Of a stretch of DNA of 64,000 bases, positions 56,852 through 64,000 are shown one piece after another. Source of the DNA: Lachnospiraceae bacterium (GTDB lineage: Bacteria > Bacillota > Clostridia > Lachnospirales > Lachnospiraceae); the NCBI GenBank assembly GCA_045643145.1, contig JAZUKG010000232.1, positions 31,412 through 95,411 of the forward strand, written 5' to 3'. Numbering within the stretch: the stretch's first letter is position 1; every line of letters starts with the position of its first letter. A program made the position numbers and the translations under genes. Under the pieces are notes generated by a model that worked only from the letters and a program-made list of their open reading frames with translations, did no database searches and had not been told where the DNA came from.

Positions 56852-56889
56852 CTCTTTATTTTTCATTATTAGAGAATTAGGTATTGAAT

Positions 56890-57252
56890 ATGAAATTTTC
56901 ACAATCGCTGAAAAAGAACAGAGATTTCCAGTATGTATACAAAAATGGTAAATCAAAAGCCAATCGATATTTTATTATGTATGTGTTAGAAAATAATCAG
57001 GGTATAAACAGACTTGGAATATCTGTAAGTAAAAAAGTGGGCAATAGTGTGGTAAGACATCACGTGTGCAGAATTGTTCGCGAAATTTACAGACTACGGG
57101 AAGAAATGTTTAATAGTGGTTTAGACATTGTAGTCATTGCACGACCCAGTGTAAAGGATGCATCCTATCATGATGCAGAGAGTGCACTATTACATCTTTC
57201 AAAGCTTCATCATATATGTAATAAGAATGATGAAGAAGTAAGTGATGAGTAG
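56890..57252 (+). CDS. rnpA: Ribonuclease P protein component
   Basis: ATG at 56890 (MKFSQSLKKNRDF). RNR-like motif GISVSKKVGNSVVRHHVCR. Confidence 0.92.
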   Translation: MKFSQSLKKNRDFQYVYKNGKSKANRYFIMYVLENNQGINRLGISVSKKVGNSVVRHHVCRIVREIYRLREEMFNSGLDIVVIARPSVKDASYHDAESALLHLSKLHHICNKNDEEVSDE

Positions 57253-57284
57253 AGTGTTTCTACTATATATAATAGGAATTTAAA

Positions 57285-57494
57285 ATGAAACGTTTTTTCA
57301 TTACGATGATAAAGTTTTATCAAAAGTATGTTTCTCCATATAAAAGTACTAAATGTCCTTATATTCCAACCTGTTCCAATTATGGAATAGAAGCAATTGA
57401 AAAGCATGGAGTAATAAAGGGTGGTTTACTTACAGCATGGAGAATACTCAGATGTAATCCGTTTTCAAAGGGAGGATATGATCCTGTTCCTTAG
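57285..57494 (+). CDS. yidD: Membrane protein insertion efficiency factor YidD
   Basis: 69 aa. C-x-Y-x-P-T-C-S-x-Y motif ([12 protein letters not shown]). Confidence 0.92.
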   Translation: MKRFFITMIKFYQKYVSPYKSTKCPYIPTCSNYGIEAIEKHGVIKGGLLTAWRILRCNPFSKGGYDPVP

Positions 57495-57533
57495 AAAATT
57501 AGGTTTTTACCTAAATATTAGGAGGAATTAGTT

Positions 57534-58820
57534 TTGACAGGTATGTTATTAACAAAAAATTCCGGTTTTATTATTGGTCCTATCTCTAGTTTGATTGGAT
57601 TTATTATGAACGGAATCTTTACAGTACTTGATAAAATTGGTATTCCAAACATCGGACTTGCAATTATTATTTTAACTTTAGTTGTATATCTTTGTATGAT
57701 GCCTTTAACATACAAGCAGCAAAAGTTTTCAAAGCTTTCTGCAAAGATGAATCCTGAACTTCAGGCTGTTCAGGCAAAATATAAAGGTAAAAAAGATCAA
57801 GATTCCATGATGAAAATGAATGAAGAAACAAAAGCCATTTATGAAAAATATGGTGTTTCTCCATCCGGCAGCTGTTTACAGCTTGTAATTCAGCTTCCTA
57901 TTATGTGGGCTCTTTATCGTGTTATTTATAATGTTCCGGCATATGTTCCGAGCGTTAAAAAAGTATTCGTTGATTTAGTAGACAAGTTAGTTACATTAGA
58001 CGGCAGTACAGAATTTATTCAAGGATTTGGTAATGCAGCAATGTATAACAAACAGTTTACCAGCGATTCTTTTGTTGCCGGAAGCGAGTTTATGAAGAAT
58101 ACCTTTATTGATGTACTCAATAAGGCTTCATCCACAGAGTGGATGTCACTGAAAGATAATTTTTCTTCTGTTGCTACAGAAGTACAGAAAACTTATGATG
58201 CATTAAGTCATTTTAATAACTTTTTAGGACTTAATATCGGTAATTCACCTTCTTATATTATTATGAGTGCTTTTCAGTCAAAAGCATATTTAATGATTAT
58301 TGGTGCATTAATGATTCCGCTTCTTGCTGCTTTGACACAGTTTTTAAATGTTCAGCTTATGCCACAGCCGGAAAACAACGGTAAATCAGGTAATGATCAG
58401 GCAGATGCAATGGCAGCCAGCATGAAATCTATGAATATGATGATGCCGATTATGTCAGCAGTATTTTGTTTTACACTTCCTACCGGTCTTGGTTTATACT
58501 GGATTGCCGGTGCTGTTGTCAGATCAATTCAGCAGGTAGCGATTAACCGTTACATTGACAGAATTGATTTTGATGAGGTAATCAAACAAAATATTGAAAA
58601 AGCAGAAGAAAAACGTAAGAAACAAAAGGATTATATTGCTGCTGCCACTGTAAATAACAGTGCCAGAAAGAATACAAAAAACATTACTTCTTCTACTGGT
58701 TTATCAGAATCAGAAAGAGAAGCATTAGTTGAAAAAGCAAAGAACGCCAGTAAAAATAAAGGTAGTATTGCAGCAAAAGCAAATATGGTTCGTGATTATA
58801 ATGAAAAGAATAGTAAATAG
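57534..58820 (+). CDS. yidC: YidC/Oxa1-family membrane protein insertase
   Basis: 428 aa. TTG start 8 nt after AGGAGG. 60 kDa-IMP core (PLTYKQQKFS...MNPELQ) and a basic C-terminal tail. Confidence 0.9.
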   Translation: MTGMLLTKNSGFIIGPISSLIGFIMNGIFTVLDKIGIPNIGLAIIILTLVVYLCMMPLTYKQQKFSKLSAKMNPELQAVQAKYKGKKDQDSMMKMNEETKAIYEKYGVSPSGSCLQLVIQLPIMWALYRVIYNVPAYVPSVKKVFVDLVDKLVTLDGSTEFIQGFGNAAMYNKQFTSDSFVAGSEFMKNTFIDVLNKASSTEWMSLKDNFSSVATEVQKTYDALSHFNNFLGLNIGNSPSYIIMSAFQSKAYLMIIGALMIPLLAALTQFLNVQLMPQPENNGKSGNDQADAMAASMKSMNMMMPIMSAVFCFTLPTGLGLYWIAGAVVRSIQQVAINRYIDRIDFDEVIKQNIEKAEEKRKKQKDYIAAATVNNSARKNTKNITSSTGLSESEREALVEKAKNASKNKGSIAAKANMVRDYNEKNSK

Positions 58821-58829
58821 GAGGGTATC

Positions 58830-59462
58830 ATGGAGTTTACTAAATTTTCAGCAAAAACAGTAAATGATGCAATTACTGAAGCATGTCAGCAATTTGCAGT
58901 TACAAGTGATAAGCTTGAATATGAAGTAGTTGATGAAGGTTCAGCTGGTTTTCTTGGATTTAATTCTAAACCTGCAGTAATCAATGCAAGAGTAAAAGAA
59001 GAAGAAGTAAAAATTGATGATAAAGCAAAAGACTTCTTATCAGATGTTTTCAAATCTATGAATCTTGCAGTTGTTATCAATACTAAATATGATGAAATTG
59101 AAAAGGTTTTAGATATTGATTTAGCAGGAGATGATATGGGTGTTCTGATCGGTAAGAGAGGACAGACTCTTGATTCTCTTCAGTATCTTACTTCTTTAGT
59201 TGTAAATAAGGGTCAGGAAGAATACATTCGTGTTAAAGTTGATACTGAAAATTACAGACAGAGAAGAAAAGAAACATTAGAAAATCTCGCTAAAAACATT
59301 TCTTTCAAGGTAAAGAGAACAAAGAGACCTGTTTCTTTAGAGCCTATGAATCCATATGAAAGAAGAATTATTCATTCAGCACTTCAGAATGATAAATATG
59401 TTACAACTCATAGTGAAGGTGAAGAACCATACAGAAGAGTTGTAGTTACTTTAAAAAAGTAA
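58830..59462 (+). CDS. jag: RNA-binding protein Jag/KhpB (Jag_N, KH, R3H)
   Basis: 210 aa. KH GKRGQTLDSLQYL. R3H motif YERRIIHSAL. Confidence 0.9.
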   Translation: MEFTKFSAKTVNDAITEACQQFAVTSDKLEYEVVDEGSAGFLGFNSKPAVINARVKEEEVKIDDKAKDFLSDVFKSMNLAVVINTKYDEIEKVLDIDLAGDDMGVLIGKRGQTLDSLQYLTSLVVNKGQEEYIRVKVDTENYRQRRKETLENLAKNISFKVKRTKRPVSLEPMNPYERRIIHSALQNDKYVTTHSEGEEPYRRVVVTLKK

Positions 59463-59480
59463 TTTGATTATGATTTATGA

Positions 59481-59510
59481 AAAAGACTACATTATATGTA
59501 GTCTTTTTTT
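59481..59510 (+). terminator. Rho-independent terminator after jag
   Basis: AAGACTACAT-tat-ATGTAGTCTT followed by TTTTT. Confidence 0.78.
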
Positions 59511-59599
59511 ATGTTCTGTATTATATTAAGATAGGAATTATATTTTTATAGATCAAGATTGATTATGATGTATTATCATAATAAAGGTAAAAATAAAGT

Positions 59600-60997
59600 A
59601 TGAAAAATGAAACAATTGCCGCAATTGCAACAGCGGTTTCTAATTCTGGAATCAGTATCATAAGAGTAAGCGGAGAAGAAGCAATTTCGATTGTAAATCA
59701 ATGTTTTTTTACAAAAAGTAAAAAACAGATTTTAACAGAAGTTAAATCACATACTCTTCATTATGGATTTATTTATGATTCAGATGAGTTTATCGATGAA
59801 GTTATGGTTTCTGTTATGAAGGCTCCGAAAAGTTTTACAACAGAAGATGTTGTAGAAGTGAACTGTCATGGTGGAATGTATGTCACCAATAAGGTATTGG
59901 AAACGATATTAAAACATGGTGCCAGATTAGCTATGCCGGGTGAATTTACAAAAAGAGCATTTTTAAACGGCAGAATAGATTTAACAAAAGCTGAAGCAAT
60001 TATGGATTTTATTGAAGCAGAAAATGATTTTGCTTTTAAAAATTCAGCTTCTATGTTAAGAGGAAGTCTTCATGACAGTATTGTTTCATTAAGAGAAAAG
60101 ATTTTATATGAAATGGCTTTTATAGAAGCAGCTATTGATGATCCGGAACATATCAGTATTGAAGGATATACTGAAAAGTTAGCTCAGGTTGTAAATGAAG
60201 TACTGAATCAGGTTCAGCATTTTATAGACGGAGCAGATGACGGACGTATGATTAAGGAAGGTATTCAGACAGTTATTGTAGGAAAACCAAATGCCGGAAA
60301 GTCTTCTTTTTTAAATATGATGCTGGGTTATGAAAAGGCAATTGTAACGGATATTGCCGGTACTACCAGAGATGTGATTGAAGAAAAAATAAGACTTAAG
60401 GGAATTAATTTGAATTTAATTGATACTGCAGGAATTCGTCAAACGGATAATGTAGTAGAAAAAATCGGTGTAGACAGAGCAAAAGAATACATTGAAAATG
60501 CTGATTTTATTTTATATGTAGTTGACAGTTCTATTTCCTTGAATGATGAAGATTATGAAATTATGAATCAGATCAAGGATAAAAAATTTCTCGTTTTATT
60601 AAATAAAACAGATTTGGAGTCTGTTACGGATGAGAATTGTATAAAAAATGAATTTATAAAATTAGAATGTAGCAACGAATTTGATATATTACCGATTTCT
60701 TCAAAAATGAATGAAGGAATTGATTTATTTGAAAGTAAGGTAGAAGAATTATTCTTTCATAATAAATTAGATTTACATGATGAAATTTATATTACCAATT
60801 TAAGACAAAAAGAAGCTCTTATGGATACAAAAGAATCCCTGAAGCTTGTTCTTACCAGTATTGAAAATGATATGCCGGAAGATTTTTATTATATTGATCT
60901 GATGAATGCATATACCAGTTTAGGACTTATTATTGGTGAAGAAGTAAAAGATGATTTGGCTCAGGAAATCTTTTCAAAGTTTTGTATGGGTAAATAA
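59600..60997 (+). CDS. mnmE: tRNA modification GTPase MnmE
   Basis: 465 aa. G1 GKPNAGKSS, G3 DTAG, G4 NKTD. C-terminal CMGK motif. Confidence 0.96.
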   Translation: MKNETIAAIATAVSNSGISIIRVSGEEAISIVNQCFFTKSKKQILTEVKSHTLHYGFIYDSDEFIDEVMVSVMKAPKSFTTEDVVEVNCHGGMYVTNKVLETILKHGARLAMPGEFTKRAFLNGRIDLTKAEAIMDFIEAENDFAFKNSASMLRGSLHDSIVSLREKILYEMAFIEAAIDDPEHISIEGYTEKLAQVVNEVLNQVQHFIDGADDGRMIKEGIQTVIVGKPNAGKSSFLNMMLGYEKAIVTDIAGTTRDVIEEKIRLKGINLNLIDTAGIRQTDNVVEKIGVDRAKEYIENADFILYVVDSSISLNDEDYEIMNQIKDKKFLVLLNKTDLESVTDENCIKNEFIKLECSNEFDILPISSKMNEGIDLFESKVEELFFHNKLDLHDEIYITNLRQKEALMDTKESLKLVLTSIENDMPEDFYYIDLMNAYTSLGLIIGEEVKDDLAQEIFSKFCMGK

Positions 60998-61068
60998 TTT
61001 TTATAAACGATTAGTTAATTATAAATTGTATTAATTGAAGTAATTGATATAAAAGAGTGGAAAAAAGT

Positions 61069-62979
61069 ATGAATTTAAAAATGGGAAAATATGATGTAGC
61101 AATAGTAGGAGCAGGTCATGCAGGCTGTGAAGCGGCTTTAGCCTGTGCGAGAAACGGATTGGAAACGATTATGTTTACAGTCAGTGTAGACAGTATTGCT
61201 TTGATGCCATGTAATCCGAATATCGGAGGATCCAGTAAAGGACATTTAGTCAGAGAATTAGATGCTCTCGGCGGAGAGATGGGTAAAAATATTGATAAAA
61301 CATTTATACAATCTAAAATGCTGAATGTTTCAAAAGGACCTGCTGTTCATTCCTTGAGAGCCCAGGCAGATAAACAAAGATATTCTTCTGAGATGAGAAA
61401 GGTTTTGGAAAATACAGATCATCTTACTATCAAACAGGCAGAGGTATGTGAAATTTTAACAGATAAAGATTCCTGTGATAGCGAAAGTAAGCCAAGGGTA
61501 ACTGGTGTTAAGATTTATAATGGCGGAATCTATGATTGTGATGCAGTTGTTTTGTGTACCGGTACTTATTTAAATGCCAGATGTCTATGCGGAGAGTCTA
61601 TTACTCATACCGGTCCAAACGGATTGATGGCTGCAACACATTTAACTGACAGTTTGGTTTCTTTAGGAATTGAAATGCAAAGATTTAAAACAGGTACTCC
61701 TGCCAGAATGGACAAGCGTAGTATTGATTTTAAAAAAATGGAGCCTCAATACGGAGATGAAAGAGTTGTTCCTTTTTCATTTTCTACCAATCCTGAGGAT
61801 GTTCAGATTGAACAGGTACCTTGTTTTTTAACTTATACAAATGAAAAAACTCATGATATCATTCGTGCTAACCTGGATCGTTCTCCGATTTATGCAGGAA
61901 TTATTGAAGGAACCGGTCCGAGATATTGTCCATCGATTGAGGATAAAGTTGTTAAGTTTTCGGATAAGGAAAGACATCAGGTTTTCTTAGAGCCCGAAGG
62001 ATTATATACCAATGAAATGTATGTTGGCGGTATGTCATCTTCTTTACCGGAAGATGTTCAGATTCAAATGTATCGAACAGTACCGGGTCTTGAAAATTGT
62101 AAAATTGTCAGAAACGCATATGCAATTGAGTATGACTGTATCAAAGCAGATCAGCTCTATCCAACTTTAGCATTTAAAAATATTGACGGTTTATTTGCCG
62201 GTGGTCAGTTTAATGGTAGCAGCGGATATGAAGAAGCAGCAGTTCAGGGACTTGTTGCCGGTATCAATGCAGCTAAATATTGTAAAAAAGAAGATATGAT
62301 TATCATAGACAGAAGTCAGGCTTATATTGGTGTTTTAATTGATGATCTGGTGACTAAAGAAAACAGAGAGCCATATCGAATGATGACTTCCAGATCAGAA
62401 TATCGTTTATTATTAAGACAGGATAATGCAGACCTTCGTCTTCGAAGAATCGGATATGAAGCCGGATTAGTTAGCAAAGAGCAACTCGATTATATTATTG
62501 ATAAAGAAAAGAAAATAGAAGCAGAAGTAGAAAGATTAAAGGAAGTTAAGCTTGGTGCAAATAAGAATACTCAGGAATTTTTATTAGCTCATGACAGTAC
62601 TCCGTTAAAGACAGGAATTTCAATGGCTGAGCTTATGTGCAGACCGGAGCTTTCCTATGAAATACTAAAGGATTTAGATCCGGAAAGACCACAGCTTAGT
62701 CAAGATGTCATTGATCAGGTTAATATCAATGTCAAATACGATGGATATATCAAACGTCAGTTAAAGCAGGTGGAACAGTTTAAGAAAATAGAAAATAAAA
62801 AAATTCCGGATGCAATTGATTATAACAAGGTGAATAGTCTGAGATTAGAAGCCAGACAAAAGCTGGAAAAATACCGACCGGTTTCAGTAGGTCAGGCATC
62901 GAGAATATCGGGAGTTTCTCCTGCAGATATTTCTGTATTATTGATTTATTTAGAAACATATTATCAAAGCGAAAAATAA
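61069..62979 (+). CDS. mnmG: tRNA uridine 5-carboxymethylaminomethyl modification enzyme MnmG
   Basis: FAD motif [14 protein letters not shown] at 61069 is preferred over the GTG at 61057; 61081 is also possible. Confidence 0.96.
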   Translation: MNLKMGKYDVAIVGAGHAGCEAALACARNGLETIMFTVSVDSIALMPCNPNIGGSSKGHLVRELDALGGEMGKNIDKTFIQSKMLNVSKGPAVHSLRAQADKQRYSSEMRKVLENTDHLTIKQAEVCEILTDKDSCDSESKPRVTGVKIYNGGIYDCDAVVLCTGTYLNARCLCGESITHTGPNGLMAATHLTDSLVSLGIEMQRFKTGTPARMDKRSIDFKKMEPQYGDERVVPFSFSTNPEDVQIEQVPCFLTYTNEKTHDIIRANLDRSPIYAGIIEGTGPRYCPSIEDKVVKFSDKERHQVFLEPEGLYTNEMYVGGMSSSLPEDVQIQMYRTVPGLENCKIVRNAYAIEYDCIKADQLYPTLAFKNIDGLFAGGQFNGSSGYEEAAVQGLVAGINAAKYCKKEDMIIIDRSQAYIGVLIDDLVTKENREPYRMMTSRSEYRLLLRQDNADLRLRRIGYEAGLVSKEQLDYIIDKEKKIEAEVERLKEVKLGANKNTQEFLLAHDSTPLKTGISMAELMCRPELSYEILKDLDPERPQLSQDVIDQVNINVKYDGYIKRQLKQVEQFKKIENKKIPDAIDYNKVNSLRLEARQKLEKYRPVSVGQASRISGVSPADISVLLIYLETYYQSEK

Positions 62980-63008
62980 TGATTCATGAAGTTATGGAGT
63001 AAACAGAT

Positions 63009-63740
63009 ATGAGTTTAGATCTTTCTAATTTTAAAAAAGATTTGAGTGAGTTAGGTATTGAACTTTCAGATCAACAATTAGATCAGTTTGTAACCTATTA
63101 TGAACTATTGGTAGAATGGAATTCCTTTATGAATTTAACAGCGATTACAGAATGGGAAGAGGTTTGTAAAAAACATTTTGTGGATTGCTTATCTATCACA
63201 AATTTAATTCCGTTTGATGAACTTTCAAAAATGAATTGCTCTGTTATAGATGTTGGAACCGGAGCCGGATTTCCCGGACTGGTATTGGCTATTGCATTTC
63301 CAAATTTACAGATTACATTACTTGATTCATTAAATAAAAGAATAAAATTTTTAAATGAGGTAATAGAAAAATTAGCACTGGCTAACTGTACTATAATACA
63401 TTCCAGAGCAGAGGATCAGGCTAAGCCTTCGCTACTTAGAGAAAGCTTTGATATTTCAGTATCCAGAGCGGTTGCGAATCTTTCTACTTTATCAGAATAT
63501 TGTTTACCGTATGTAAAAGTAGGCGGATCTTTTATTTCTTATAAATCTGAAAAAATAGAAGATGAACTTAGTTTAGCAAAAAATGCAATCTTTTTATTAG
63601 GCGGTGAGCTGAAAGAAAAAAAATCTTTTTATTTACCGGATACAGATATGTATCGCAGTATTGTACAGATTGAAAAAAAACAATCTACTCCAAAAAAATA
63701 TCCCAGAAAAGCAGGATTACCATCCAAGGAACCTTTATAG
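63009..63740 (+). CDS. rsmG: 16S rRNA (guanine527-N7)-methyltransferase RsmG
   Basis: 243 aa. SAM motif DVGTGAGFPG. Conserved position after mnmG. Confidence 0.95.
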   Translation: MSLDLSNFKKDLSELGIELSDQQLDQFVTYYELLVEWNSFMNLTAITEWEEVCKKHFVDCLSITNLIPFDELSKMNCSVIDVGTGAGFPGLVLAIAFPNLQITLLDSLNKRIKFLNEVIEKLALANCTIIHSRAEDQAKPSLLRESFDISVSRAVANLSTLSEYCLPYVKVGGSFISYKSEKIEDELSLAKNAIFLLGGELKEKKSFYLPDTDMYRSIVQIEKKQSTPKKYPRKAGLPSKEPL

Positions 63741-63767
63741 GTTCCTTTTTTATTATATATTTAAAAT

Positions 63768-64000
63768 TTATAAATGTTTTTTGATTTTTTCAGCTATTTT
63801 TTCTGAACATTCAAATGGTCCCTGTGGATAGGTCCATCCAAATCCATCATTTTGGTATCTTGGAAAAATATGAAAATGGGCATGACCAAATTCACAAAAC
63901 TCTCCACCATTTTGCATGATACTGTAACCACCGGGCATGTATTCTTTTTTGATTGCCTTGGTTGTATTTTGAATTGTTGCTATTACTTTATTTATTATTT
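63768..64000 (-). CDS. HIT-family protein, C-terminal part (truncated by the window end)
   Basis: Minus-strand translation ...IMQNGGEFCEFGHAHFHIFPRYQNDGFGW...KKHL* carries the histidine triad HAHFHIFP. Stop at 63768..63770. Confidence 0.7.
   Translation of the reverse strand, partial: IINKVIATIQNTTKAIKKEYMPGGYSIMQNGGEFCEFGHAHFHIFPRYQNDGFGWTYPQGPFECSEKIAEKIKKHL

Overview
Low-GC Firmicutes chromosome segment (Clostridia, Lachnospiraceae-like by protein content) that spans the replication origin. The right third carries the origin core. On the minus strand: dnaA, dnaN, an S4-domain gene, recF, gyrB, gyrA. On the plus strand: rpmH, rnpA, yidD, yidC, jag, mnmE, mnmG, rsmG. DnaA-box clusters lie on both sides of dnaA, and gene orientation switches at about 56.3-56.7 kb. 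The left 43 kb is mostly minus-strand housekeeping and accessory genes: murG, two two-component systems, HAD hydrolases, aminopeptidase P, a MOP flippase, a YitJ-like homocysteine methyltransferase/MTHFR fusion, MntR-like, HIT, rhomboid, glgB, tatD, rsmA and a cation/proton antiporter. There are two stand-alone tRNA genes. The accessory content worth attention is: (1) a ten-gene Gram-positive-type Tad/Flp pilus operon (22.7-31.4 kb), including a 55-aa Flp pilin ORF absent from the ORF track and unusual minor-pilin and accessory proteins; (2) a flagellin-fliS operon headed by an uncharacterised 1017-aa protein behind a sigma-28-like promoter embedded in the glgB terminator; (3) a 1452-aa TPR / poly-acidic tandem-repeat / degenerate AAA+ protein apparently co-transcribed with glgB; (4) an Rpn-family PD-(D/E)XK nuclease with a strong internal in-frame RBS and start; (5) a tRNA-Pro whose anticodon reads AGG (A34); (6) a DUF2975 / YozG-like HTH / DUF4173-like membrane module with a palindromic operator candidate. 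I saw no CRISPR array, rRNA, IS element, prophage or reverse transcriptase. All functional calls come from reading motifs by eye; no database search was possible.
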